Source of the DNA: Methanobacteriaceae archaeon
GTDB taxonomy: Archaea > Methanobacteriota > Methanobacteria > Methanobacteriales > Methanobacteriaceae
Assembly (NCBI GenBank): GCA_051649785.1
Contig: JBOFHT010000009.1
Coordinates: 4,644 to 39,014 of the forward strand
Direction of reading: 5' to 3'
DNA length: 34,371 nt
Positions within the stretch are counted from its first letter, which is position 1, and every line of letters begins with the position of its first letter. Made by a program: the position numbers and the translations under genes. The notes beneath the pieces are model-generated. The model was given only the letters and a program-made list of their open reading frames with translations, searched no databases and was not told the DNA's origin. Positions 7,208 through 17,051 of this stretch are shown piece by piece.

Positions 7208-7496
7208 TAATAATCTCTACCAAGCTTTTATAACTTTATTCTTAATATTTACAGTAAAATATGAAAAAGTGAATATTATTATAATATTTAGTATCTATAT
7301 TTAAATCGCGGCCAAAAGTCGAAATTTCTAAATCAAAACTTCATTAAAATCCTTGGATGGGTAAATGAATAAAATCTTTCGATATGTAAAATCTTTTTGA
7401 CAATGACTCTATTTAATTTAAAAAAAAGCTATTTAAAAAAGCTATTCAAATACTTAACAGCATTTTTAAAAGAAATATATACTATTTAATGTCTCA

Positions 7497-7549
7497 AAAA
7501 TATGAAAAAAATAAAAAAGCTAAAAAAGATTAAAGCTAGGTTAAAAAAC
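7497..7549 (-). terminator. Oligo-T terminator region downstream of rpl14e
   Basis: Just after the TAG stop the minus strand reads GGTTTTTTAACCTAGCTTTAATCTTTTTTAGCTTTTTTATTTTTTTCATATTTTTG. This contains five T5-T7 runs, the archaeal intrinsic termination signal, plus a small GGTT/AACC hairpin. Confidence 0.5.
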
Positions 7550-7771
7550 CTATAAAGCTTCTAAAGCTTTTTTAACTGCTTCAAGATCATCGGAAACTTC
7601 GATGGTTTCAGCAATAGGTTCTAAGTGGCTGATGTTACATCTTCTGTTTTTAACATCTACCCCTACTACTTCAACAAATTTTTCATCGATAATTTCTACG
7701 ATAACACATTTTTCGCCAGATTCTCTACCAGCGGTCTTAACACATACTCTTCCTACTTCAATAGAAGCCAT
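7550..7771 (-). CDS. rpl14e: 50S ribosomal protein L14e
   Basis: MASIEVGRVCVKTAGRESGEKCVIVEIID... shows the KOW motif typical of L14e. It occupies the conserved position after cmk. Confidence 0.85.
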   Translation of the reverse strand: MASIEVGRVCVKTAGRESGEKCVIVEIIDEKFVEVVGVDVKNRRCNISHLEPIAETIEVSDDLEAVKKALEAL

Positions 7772-7798
7772 TATATCACCTTTAATTATTATATTAGT

Positions 7799-8332
7799 CT
7801 AAACTTTAAAGTTTAAACTTGTTAATATTATTTCTGAAATTTCTTCAGGATTGAAACTATTAGTATTTATTATTAAATCATAGACATCTAGGTTATTTAT
7901 CGATATATCATGAATGTCTAAATACCTCATAGCTTCGCTTTCTTCACGTATTTTAATTTCTTCACTAGCCAAATCAATAGGTTTTGATTCGCGGTTACAA
8001 ATCCTTGAAGCTCTAACACCAAATGGTGCAAGCATCCAAATCTTTAAATCCCCATCTACAAAGTGACCTGAAAGACGACCTTCGACAATTAAATCTTTAG
8101 AATCCTCTTTTGATTTTTTAGCTAGTTCAGCTTGTCTTTTGTCAAGTTCGGTGTCAATATCAGTATTATCTTCAGCAAATTTACTAAACTCAATAAGAGT
8201 CATTCCATTTTCTTCTGCCATTTGACGAAAAATGTCACCAGCAGAGATAAAAGGAATATTCAATTTTTCAGATAAAACTTTACTAGCAGTACTTGTTCCA
8301 GTACCAGCTAAGCCACCGATTGTTATGATCAT
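7799..8332 (-). CDS. cmk: Cytidylate kinase (archaeal type)
   Basis: P-loop [36 protein letters not shown]. The start overlaps the rpl34e stop (TAATG). Confidence 0.85.
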   Translation of the reverse strand: MIITIGGLAGTGTSTASKVLSEKLNIPFISAGDIFRQMAEENGMTLIEFSKFAEDNTDIDTELDKRQAELAKKSKEDSKDLIVEGRLSGHFVDGDLKIWMLAPFGVRASRICNRESKPIDLASEEIKIREESEAMRYLDIHDISINNLDVYDLIINTNSFNPEEISEIILTSLNFKV

Positions 8333-8598
8333 TAAGACCTTGCCTCTAATTTAAAGTGCTCACGAGTACACTTAGTACATAAGTATCCACCGTAAGGCCT
8401 ATTAGGTCTTTTTTTAGACTTAGAAAGTTTTTTTATTTCATAAGGTCTTCCACGTGGAACACCATGAAGTTGCTCACCACATTTAGCACATGTGTGCTTA
8501 TTTGGTTTCTTTTTTTTGTAACGTAAAACAGTGTTACCGCCAGGAGTCTTTTTAAAAGTCCTTTTATATGATCTAGATCTGTATCTATTTGCAGGCAT
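8332..8598 (-). CDS. rpl34e: 50S ribosomal protein L34e
   Basis: [48 protein letters not shown] is the L34e signature with a zinc-ribbon-like CxxC. Confidence 0.9.
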   Translation of the reverse strand: MPANRYRSRSYKRTFKKTPGGNTVLRYKKKKPNKHTCAKCGEQLHGVPRGRPYEIKKLSKSKKRPNRPYGGYLCTKCTREHFKLEARS

Positions 8599-8690
8599 AA
8601 ACTCACCTATTATTATATTATTAAATCTAATAGTATTAGATTTATTTACTATTAAATTTTTATTTAATTATTATGTATTTATTATTTAAT

Positions 8691-8873
8691 TTTTATTTGG
8701 CTCTGTAGAAACCCTATATTTTTGTACTGATTTATATCAAAATCCGCTACTTCAAAAATTAAAACGACTTAAAATGCTTTGGTTTAGCAAATTAAGGAAA
8801 TTTATTTTTGAAAAAAATATTTTTAACTATAAATTAACAAAATAAAAAAGGGTTTCTACAAAGCCTTTTATTT
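8691..8873. mobile_element. MITE-like non-coding element: 167-bp body with 17-bp terminal inverted repeats and an 8-bp flanking direct repeat
   Basis: Left end GGCTCTGTAGAAACCCT (8699-8715). The right end, reverse-complemented, is GGCTTTGTAGAAACCCT (8849-8865), giving one mismatch. TTTTATTT lies immediately outside both ends (8691-8698 and 8866-8873). There is no ORF inside. Confidence 0.35.
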
Positions 8874-9101
8874 AATATTTTTAAATCAAACTTTACAGTT
8901 TGGCGAATATGATTAAAATTAGTGAAAATCTAATTTAATCACGAGAGAGGTATTTGATATATTGTGAACAATATAAATGTGAATTGTGAAATGAAGTGTG
9001 AAATGAAATATGAAATATAAAGTGTTAACTATATAACAATAAAGCTATAGTATTATAAATTAAAATTATAAGCTATTATGATAATGAGTAGTTATAGTTT
9101 A

Positions 9102-9671
9102 CTAGAAACTAGAACCACTACTTAATCCCATAGCTTTTCTTAAAACTTGGGTCATTGCAAAAGTACAAAGGATATACCATCCTAACCAACCAACAGCAAA
9201 TGGAATAGCTGTAGTAGGCGGTCCATAAAACATATGCCATAATGGAGTTAAAGTACCATAATACACAAATTGGGGTAATGAAACAATGACTTTACTTACA
9301 ACTGATTGACCCATCCAATAGAATACTAAAAGAATTGGTATGAAAGTTACAATAAGTGGCTTAAATGACATTTTCATCATTTCAGTTTGCTTAGACATGA
9401 ATTCCTTCTGTTTCTTTTGCATTTTAGCTATTTCTTTTGCATCTCCACTCTTTTGAACGTCACGCATTTCAGTTTGGAAATCTTTAACATCATCTCTTAT
9501 TTTATTCATTTCATCTTGATCAACAAGTAGCTTATTAGCTATTGTAGTAATAAATGCAATGGTTGTTGAAATTAAAAAGACTGTGAGTAAAGGGTTAGTT
9601 GGGGTCGGGTCTAAAGCTATTATTGGAGCAAAAACTCCATTTAAAGCATCAAATATAATGTTCATTACCAT
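9102..9671 (-). CDS. DUF106 family membrane protein (archaeal YidC/Oxa1/EMC3-like insertase)
   Basis: 189 aa. TM1, then a charged coiled region (DQDEMNKIRDDVKDFQTEMRDVQKSGDAKEIAKMQKKQKEFMSKQTEMMKMSFKP), then two TM helices. It occupies the conserved position between adk and rpl34e. Confidence 0.8.
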   Translation of the reverse strand: MVMNIIFDALNGVFAPIIALDPTPTNPLLTVFLISTTIAFITTIANKLLVDQDEMNKIRDDVKDFQTEMRDVQKSGDAKEIAKMQKKQKEFMSKQTEMMKMSFKPLIVTFIPILLVFYWMGQSVVSKVIVSLPQFVYYGTLTPLWHMFYGPPTTAIPFAVGWLGWYILCTFAMTQVLRKAMGLSSGSSF

Positions 9672-9932
9672 TTTATGGCCTCAAAATTTATAATATTATT
9701 AATTTAAATTATAATACAATATCATTTATGATATCATATCATATTATGTATTGCATATCTAATATATAAATATAGCTTAAATTTATTAAAATAGGGGTAT
9801 AATAAAGTAATAATAAAGTAATTAATAGATAATTAATAATTAATTAATGGATAATTAGTAGAAATTAGCTAGTGATTAATTAGTAATGGGTGTTGGTTTA
9901 TATTTAATTTTAAGATAATAATTAAATATAAT

Positions 9933-10493
9933 TTACATCTTTAATACTGTAACCATTTTAGCAATTGTTTCATCTAATTGGTTATCATAGTTTTTAAGTA
10001 TTTTAACAGTAGCTCCTGTTAAAGTAGCGTAAGCCATAGAAACAGCTCGATTCATTTCTTGGTGTAAATCAATTTCATCTTCACCTTCAATATCACGAAC
10101 TCTTAATTCATCCCCTGCTCTTCTAGCTATTATTTCAGAAGCTTTTGCTTCAATCATAATAAAGCCATTAGGTTGAAGTTCTTCAAGAACCCAATTAGGT
10201 AGGCCGGGTAAAAATCCAGAAGGAGTTGAAATAGTACAATGAGTATCTACAATAACATTTTCCAATTTAGATCTGTTTTTTATTTCTTTAGCTGCTAACT
10301 TTTGAACTTTCTTTTGAGTTTCAGGAGATAATTTTCTAAGTTGATCTCTATTTTCAACAAGCCCTTCACTTACAGCTATTTTAGTCATTATGTCACCATA
10401 ATTTAAGTGAGTGTATTCTACTTCTTCAAGTGCCTTGCTTAAAACCGTTGTACTCCCAGAACCAGGTATACCAGTTATTACTATTAATTTCAA
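9933..10493 (-). CDS. adkA: Adenylate kinase, archaeal type
   Basis: MKLIVITGIPGSGSTTVLSKALEE... P-loop. 186 aa, in the conserved position after secY. Confidence 0.9.
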   Translation of the reverse strand: MKLIVITGIPGSGSTTVLSKALEEVEYTHLNYGDIMTKIAVSEGLVENRDQLRKLSPETQKKVQKLAAKEIKNRSKLENVIVDTHCTISTPSGFLPGLPNWVLEELQPNGFIMIEAKASEIIARRAGDELRVRDIEGEDEIDLHQEMNRAVSMAYATLTGATVKILKNYDNQLDETIAKMVTVLKM

Positions 10494-10568
10494 ACTATCA
10501 CCTTTAATATAATCTTAATATAATAATGTAATTATTAAAAATATGAAAAATATGGAAAATTATTTAAT

Positions 10569-11930
10569 TTAGTCCCCTAAGAACTTTCTAAGCATTGGAT
10601 GCATTTCCATAAGTTGTTCCTGAGCTATTTCTTCATATAACTTATAAATAATACCTACTGTAAGTAAAACCCCAGTACCTCCACCGAGAGCTCTAGTTAA
10701 ATCAGCACCAAACGCTAATAGTCCTACAAATACTCCACCTAAAACTGTTAAAGCAGGAATATACTTTTTCATTATTTTAATAAGTTGATGCTTACTATTT
10801 CTAAAACCTGGAATTTGCACTCCAGACTCATATAATTGCTTAGCTACTTTATCAGCACCAATACCACTTATTTCTACCCATAGCCATGAAAACATTACAC
10901 AAAGTCCTATAAATACTATTCCAAAAAATACAACCCTTATAGGATTTGTGAAAAGTATACCTAATGCAGGTGTAGTTAAAAATAGTGCCAAACCACTAAT
11001 AGCTTTACCTTGGACTACTTCACCAAAAATAGGAAACCCAATTCTCTGGAAAAGACTTGCAAATAATGATACATTAGCTAAAAATGCAGAAGTTAAAATA
11101 ACTGGCATATTACTTGCATAAATAAATTTAAGAGGGTATTTTCCAACAGCACCTCTTACGCGACCGTGACCACGAATTTGTCCTTGAGATATTGGAATTT
11201 CAACCCTCATACTTTCACCATAAACTGCAATTAAAAATACAGCTATAGTTGAAATAATTGGGATTAAAATAGATGGATCCGGAGCACCAGCAGCTATTGA
11301 GTTAATAAATGCAGGTAATGCTCCTGCTGGAACACCTAATTGACCTGGAGCAGGTAAAAAATTAAAAGTACCTACAATAATTGCTTGGGAAACTCCTGCT
11401 GCAATAAATAGACCAATACCACTTCCAAATCCCCATTTAGATACTACTTCATCTAAGAAAATTATAAGAATGGAACCAATAATTAATTGGAGTATAAGAA
11501 TGAGTCCAAGTTCTGGAGCACTTGGAACAAGACTCCCTGTGAAAACAAAAACAACTGCTTCAAATACTGTAATAACAATAGCTAGAAGCTTTTGAGTACC
11601 TTGGAAAATAGCTTTATCTTCGTGTTTACTTAAATCTAAGTTAATGAACTTTCCACCAACTAAAATCTGAAGTACAATAGATGATGTTACAATTGGACCA
11701 ATCCCTAAAGTAAGAATTGAACCAAAGCTACCTGCTAAAACTGCTCTTAATTGAGCAAACTGATCTATTGAAGCAGGTGACAATCCATAAAGAGGTATCA
11801 GAGTTAAAAAGAAATATAGGACTAATATAATGGCTGTCCATTTAAGTTTTTCTTTAAAGCCCATTCTGTGAATCGGTGCCTTTACTTCAGGCAATAGTGA
11901 AAGTATAGGTTTTAATTTGTGTAACATCAT
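10569..11930 (-). CDS. secY: Preprotein translocase subunit SecY
   Basis: Ten-TM SecY sequence (LKPILSLLPEVKAP...GIGPIVTSSIVLQIL...). The ORF extends to 11960, but AAGGAG sits just upstream of the ATGATG at 11930/11927, so the start is placed there. Confidence 0.92.
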   Translation of the reverse strand: MMLHKLKPILSLLPEVKAPIHRMGFKEKLKWTAIILVLYFFLTLIPLYGLSPASIDQFAQLRAVLAGSFGSILTLGIGPIVTSSIVLQILVGGKFINLDLSKHEDKAIFQGTQKLLAIVITVFEAVVFVFTGSLVPSAPELGLILILQLIIGSILIIFLDEVVSKWGFGSGIGLFIAAGVSQAIIVGTFNFLPAPGQLGVPAGALPAFINSIAAGAPDPSILIPIISTIAVFLIAVYGESMRVEIPISQGQIRGHGRVRGAVGKYPLKFIYASNMPVILTSAFLANVSLFASLFQRIGFPIFGEVVQGKAISGLALFLTTPALGILFTNPIRVVFFGIVFIGLCVMFSWLWVEISGIGADKVAKQLYESGVQIPGFRNSKHQLIKIMKKYIPALTVLGGVFVGLLAFGADLTRALGGGTGVLLTVGIIYKLYEEIAQEQLMEMHPMLRKFLGD

Positions 11931-12067
11931 TGAACTCCTTAAATATAATTTTAAACACACGTTAAATAAGTTAAATAAATTTAAAAATATGATAATTAAT
12001 ATATAATTAATATAAATTTATTATATAAATATTATAAATATATAGCCAATATTATAGAAGATATAAG

Positions 12068-12156
12068 TTAATTATTGTAAATTATATAGATTAATTACTG
12101 TAATTTATATAAATTAATTATTGAAATTATATAGGTCAAATATTGTAACTATATTA
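12068..12156. repeat. 23-bp tandem repeat, 3 good copies plus 1 degenerate, in the L15-SecY spacer
   Basis: ttaattattgtaaattatataga (12068-12090), ttaattactgtaatttatataaa (12091-12113), ttaattattgaaattatatagg (12114-12135), tcaaatattgtaactatatta (12136-12156). Confidence 0.8.
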
Positions 12157-12416
12157 TTAATTATATTATTTATTTTATCATTTATATAATTATAATATTA
12201 TTTTATTAAATAGTTCCATTGAAAGTTCCATTAAAATTTTACTAAATAAAAATTAGTTTATACGATAATTTTAATTTGTGGGTTAATTTATAAAAATATT
12301 TGAATAATAAATTAACAATAGTTATTTAATAAAATAATACTATAAAAATAAGGATTAAATTATTAAGTATTAAATATTATTTTAAAAATTATAAATAAGA
12401 AAAAAATAGTGGTTAG

Positions 12417-12854
12417 CTATAAAACTATAGCTTCTCCACCAGATTCTTCAATTTTTTTAGTAGCTAAAGCTGTAAATGATGGAGCTTTAATAGTTAAAGG
12501 TTTAGAAACTTTTCCTTTACCTAAAACCTTGTTAAAGCCAAGATCAGTAACATCTATAACAATAGCATCATTTTCTTTTATTGCAATACCATTATTTAAG
12601 AGTTTTTCAGCTTTATCAACTAAATCTCCTAAGTTAACAGTATTGACCTCTTTAATAACTTTTTGAGGTCTTTTAAATCCGTATTTACCAAAATGTTTAG
12701 GATCGAATTTAACAGTCCATGACCAATGGTGTTTGTGTAAACCAGCTTGACCTACTCCACCACGATGACCTGCTCCTCTTCTCTTTTTAGAGCATCCTCC
12801 ACCATTAGTTCTGGTACCTCTTTGTTTAGTAATTTTACGTGCTTTCCTAATCAT
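12417..12854 (-). CDS. rpl15: 50S ribosomal protein L15 (uL15)
   Basis: MIRKARKITKQRGTRTNGGGCSKKRRGAGHRGGVGQAG. Confidence 0.92.
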   Translation of the reverse strand: MIRKARKITKQRGTRTNGGGCSKKRRGAGHRGGVGQAGLHKHHWSWTVKFDPKHFGKYGFKRPQKVIKEVNTVNLGDLVDKAEKLLNNGIAIKENDAIVIDVTDLGFNKVLGKGKVSKPLTIKAPSFTALATKKIEESGGEAIVL

Positions 12855-12929
12855 GAAAATCCTCCATAGAAAACAAAAAATGGTTTTTGCATTAATATTA
12901 TTATTTTAAGAAATAATAAATTATTAATA

Positions 12930-13388
12930 TTAAACCATTTTATTTGCTAATTCATTGATTAATTCTCCTCTGTAACCTAAAGTTCCGCCTTCATTAAAAG
13001 ATAATCTAATAGCTTCATATCCTTTTCTAGGAGGGTGTAAACGGAATACAGGTTTCATATTAATGTCATCATATTTAACATTAGATTCCATTAAAGCTTC
13101 AGCTAAATCAGCAAATGATTTAAAGTCCGTATTTTCTTTTAAATCTTCTTCGGTAATTTTAACTTTGCCAACTAATTCCCCTCTTTTAGAAATTATATTA
13201 GTAACGGTTTCAGAATCAACTTCACCCCAAGTAATATAATCTTTAGCTTTATGAAGCATTCCTTTATAGGTGTCATTTTCTTCAATTAAGACTGCATGAT
13301 TAATTCTATTAAGTCTTAACATCTTTAAAGTGTCAGCTATATCTTTATTAATACCTGTGGTACCTCTTACTCTAATAACTAAAAACAT
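12930..13388 (-). CDS. rpl30: 50S ribosomal protein L30 (uL30)
   Basis: MFLVIRVRGTTGINKDIADTLKMLRLNRINHAVL. GGTGAT precedes the internal ATG at 13388, which is preferred over the ORF-track start at 13400. Confidence 0.9.
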   Translation of the reverse strand: MFLVIRVRGTTGINKDIADTLKMLRLNRINHAVLIEENDTYKGMLHKAKDYITWGEVDSETVTNIISKRGELVGKVKITEEDLKENTDFKSFADLAEALMESNVKYDDINMKPVFRLHPPRKGYEAIRLSFNEGGTLGYRGELINELANKMV

Positions 13389-13412
13389 TATAATCACCAA
13401 TAATTTATATTA

Positions 13413-14092
13413 TTAATCAGAGCAAACACTCAAAATTTTAAGTTCTTCTTCAGTAGCTTTAACTCTACTTAATTCTTTTAATGCATCAAAAATAGCATTA
13501 GCAAAATTAACAGTTGTTTGAGTTTGACCACTTGAATTTGACCATACATCGCTAATTCCTGCAAGTTTGAGAAGGGTTTTACCTACATCACTAACAGCTA
13601 AGCCTAATCCTGCAGGAGCAGGCATTAAAGTAACTCTTACACTACCCATTTTACCACTGACTTTGAAAGGAACAGTATGTTTTCTTCCACAAACACAACC
13701 CCAATCACCACAGCCCCTACGGACTTTGATTATATTGTATTTTGCATTGTCAACAGCTTTTCTAATAGCAGGACCAACTTCACGAGCTTTACCCATACCT
13801 AATCCAACATACCCATTTTTGTTACCAACAGCAACAATAACTCTGAAATTAATTTTTCTCCCAGATTTGTGCATTCTTTGAACTAAGTTAACATCCATAA
13901 CTTCTTCTTCTAAATCAGGAATTAAAGAATCAATAATTTCTAATTCCATAATAGGAAGTCCTTTTTCAAATATTTCGTCAATATTTGTAATAGTTCCCTC
14001 TTTAACCATAGCTCCGAGTTTGGTTTTAGGTTCCCACTCCTCACTATTGAAGCTATTATTTTTGTTAAAGTTCTTATCTCGCTTTTTATTAC

Positions 14093-14096
<4 letters not shown>
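13413..14096 (-). CDS. rps5: 30S ribosomal protein S5 (uS5)
   Basis: [41 protein letters not shown]. It overlaps the L18 stop by 4 nt. Confidence 0.93.
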
Positions 14097-14674
<578 letters not shown>

Positions 14675-14684
14675 CTAATCCCTC

Positions 14685-15131
14685 CTATTTAATCAAGTCA
14701 TGATCACGGGCATAGGTTTTCATATAAGATTTACTTCTAAATGCTCCACCTTTAGCCATTCTATATAATTTACGATAAGTTGTAGCATCAATCTCTTCTT
14801 TTTCCCGCATATCTTTAAGATCTCTTCTTAAAGCTCTGATAGTAGTCATCCAAGCTTTCTTCTTAGGTGTCCTAGCACCTTTAGCTCCTTTAATACTACC
14901 TGGACCTTTTCTTTTACCTTTTTTCTTTTGTTCTTTTAGCTTTTTTGACCTATAGCTACTAATACCCTGTTGAGGTTTAGCTTTAATAACTTTTTGGTTA
15001 ATTAGCTGCTTAACACTTTCTCTTGTAATAGCTCGTGATACTTCTTCCATTTGTTCAGGGTCTATCCATACACGGTTTACCCCTACTTTAAGTATACTTG
15101 CAGCTAATCTTTTTTGAGTTGTAAGATTCAT
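14685..15131 (-). CDS. rpl19e: 50S ribosomal protein L19e
   Basis: MNLTTQKRLAASILKVGVNRVWIDPEQMEEV. Confidence 0.93.
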   Translation of the reverse strand: MNLTTQKRLAASILKVGVNRVWIDPEQMEEVSRAITRESVKQLINQKVIKAKPQQGISSYRSKKLKEQKKKGKRKGPGSIKGAKGARTPKKKAWMTTIRALRRDLKDMREKEEIDATTYRKLYRMAKGGAFRSKSYMKTYARDHDLIK

Positions 15132-15419
15132 TAAGAAACCCCCGATTTTAAATTCAGCTGATAATTTTGAAATATTAATATAACAACATTTGTCAAATAA
15201 TATTAATTAGATACTATCTTTAGCAGATAATATTGAATTATACTATCTATTAAATAATATTAATCTAATAAAATGTTAATTAAATACTCCACATATTCCC
15301 AATTAAATTAATCAGCTAAATTTAAGATTACAATACATTTATATCAATATAATTCATTAATGCATTAATTAATAAAATGCACTAAATTATATTTAATGTA
15401 TCATAAATCATAAATCTAA

Positions 15420-15755
15420 TTAGTTTATTTGTTTGTTTAATATTTTAATACCTAATTCATTAGCTTTTTCTAACATTAGTTCTTTCTTTCGTTTACCAAC
15501 AGTAGAACTAATTCTTCCTGCTTGAGTACTAGGATTTAGTTCCTCAAGTTCTACAAAATTACGGACAAGAATATCTTCGAATCCAGATGGATGTAATCCA
15601 CGAGTAGTTTTAGGAGTTCTACGACCAATCATTGGACGTGCAGGTTTTCCTGCTTCATATCTCCTCATTTTACTTGTTTTCCCTCTAGGACGTCTCCATT
15701 TAAGACCAAGCTTTTTATATCTGGCGTATTCTTGTCTTTTGAATGTTTTCTTCAT
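15420..15755 (-). CDS. rpl32e: 50S ribosomal protein L32e
   Basis: FKRQEYARYKKLGLKWRRPRGKTSKMRR...RGLHPSGFEDILVRN. Confidence 0.9.
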   Translation of the reverse strand: MKKTFKRQEYARYKKLGLKWRRPRGKTSKMRRYEAGKPARPMIGRRTPKTTRGLHPSGFEDILVRNFVELEELNPSTQAGRISSTVGKRKKELMLEKANELGIKILNKQIN

Positions 15756-15890
15756 TGAATCACCATATAATTATTAAATAAAATTATTATTTCTATAAGC
15801 TATTTATTTTATAAATACTATTTATAAACAATACTTATAAAAATTATTTTAAATAAATAATATTATAAACAATATTAATTATTAAAATTA

Positions 15891-16424
15891 TTATTCTTTG
15901 CTAACTAAGTAAATTCCATCTTGGAAAACTCTTGGATCTCTACCTTTAATTTTGGTAGCTTGTTCCAAGTTAGCCATTGTTTGACCAACATCTTCTTTGT
16001 TGATACCTGAAACAATAACTTCATCACCTTTTACTTGAACTTTAGAAGTACCTGCAATTTTAGCAGTACGAGGGTGACGTTCACCAAGGAAATTATCAAT
16101 AGTTACTTTATTTCCATTAACTTTAACAGTCATTGGGAAATGAGCAAATACAATCTTCATATTATAAGTAAAACCATCAGTAACACCAATGATCATATTA
16201 TTAATATGAGATCTAATAGTTCCAATCATAGATTTATCTCTTTTTTTAGGAAAAGTGGTTTCTAATACTACAGTACCATCTTCTTCTTTTATTGAGACAC
16301 TATGATTTGAAAATTTTCTTGAAACTTCACCCTGAGGACCTTTGACAATAATTTCATCATTAATGTCAATAGTAACGTCTTCAGGAATTGGAAGTTCTTC
16401 ACGAATACTTGCGGCGAGAACCAT
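15891..16424 (-). CDS. rpl6: 50S ribosomal protein L6 (uL6)
   Basis: IPEDVTIDINDEIIVKGPQGEVSRKF...VFAHFPMTVKVNGNKVTIDNFLGE. GGTGAT RBS. Confidence 0.93.
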   Translation of the reverse strand: MVLAASIREELPIPEDVTIDINDEIIVKGPQGEVSRKFSNHSVSIKEEDGTVVLETTFPKKRDKSMIGTIRSHINNMIIGVTDGFTYNMKIVFAHFPMTVKVNGNKVTIDNFLGERHPRTAKIAGTSKVQVKGDEVIVSGINKEDVGQTMANLEQATKIKGRDPRVFQDGIYLVSKE

Positions 16425-16439
16425 ATTATCACCTAGTTA

Positions 16440-16832
16440 TTAGTACATATAAGCCAGTAATCTTCCGCCAATTCCCTTTTCTTTTGCCTCATTGTGAGTC
16501 ATAATACCTTCAGGAGTGGTTATAATTAATATTCCAAAATTCTTAGCTGGCAAGTACCTTTTTTCAAATTTTTCAAATTCATCTTTTTTTACAGCATGAC
16601 GAGGCTTGATAACACCACATTGGTTAATATTACCTTCTAATTCAACATTGAATTTTCCTGCCTTATTATCGTCAATATATTCAAATTCACTGATATAGCC
16701 TTCTTTTTGCATTGTGCTCAAAACTTGACCAATTAATTTTGATGCTGGGGAAATAGAACAGTTTTCATTAACTTGAAGTTCATTATTCCTTATATTAGTT
16801 AGAGCATTAGCGAGAGGATCCATAAGAGTCAT
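16440..16832 (-). CDS. rps8: 30S ribosomal protein S8 (uS8)
   Basis: [20 protein letters not shown]... Confidence 0.93.
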   Translation of the reverse strand: MTLMDPLANALTNIRNNELQVNENCSISPASKLIGQVLSTMQKEGYISEFEYIDDNKAGKFNVELEGNINQCGVIKPRHAVKKDEFEKFEKRYLPAKNFGILIITTPEGIMTHNEAKEKGIGGRLLAYMY

Positions 16833-16850
16833 AAAAACACCTCAATTAAA

Positions 16851-16994
16851 TTAATTATATTTTTTAAATCCTATTTTAGGGGCTATCTCTCTAAAGCATT
16901 GTCTGCATAACATAAGCCCATATCTTCTAACAATAGCAGAGTGATCTCCACATCTACTACATTCTCTTGATCCCTTTCCGTATTTTCTTGGCAA
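16851..16994 (-). CDS. rps14: 30S ribosomal protein S14 (uS14, zinc type), 47 aa, TTG start; absent from the supplied ORF track
   Basis: Hand translation of the minus strand gives (M)[58 protein letters not shown] provides the RBS and start. The CxxC...CxxC zinc motif is present. The gene sits in the expected slot between L5 and S8. Confidence 0.85.
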   Translation of the reverse strand: MPRKYGKGSRECSRCGDHSAIVRRYGLMLCRQCFREIAPKIGFKKYN

Positions 16995-17051
16995 TTTATC
17001 ACCTTTATAAGCTATGAATAAACCGAACCAAATAATTAAATTTTAGTCCAT

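Noticed and set aside
7422-7446. Tandem AAAAAAGCTATT x2 near the island/core boundary, as a possible att-like repeat.
   Set aside because: The copies are adjacent rather than flanking anything, and no second copy is seen elsewhere in the window. They are probably a local duplication within a terminator-rich A/T tract.
8962-9023. Degenerate GTGAA(A/T)/ATGAAAT micro-repeat downstream of the DUF106 gene.
   Set aside because: It is short, irregular and of low information content. It is most simply slippage-type simple sequence in a spacer, with no associated structure or ORF.
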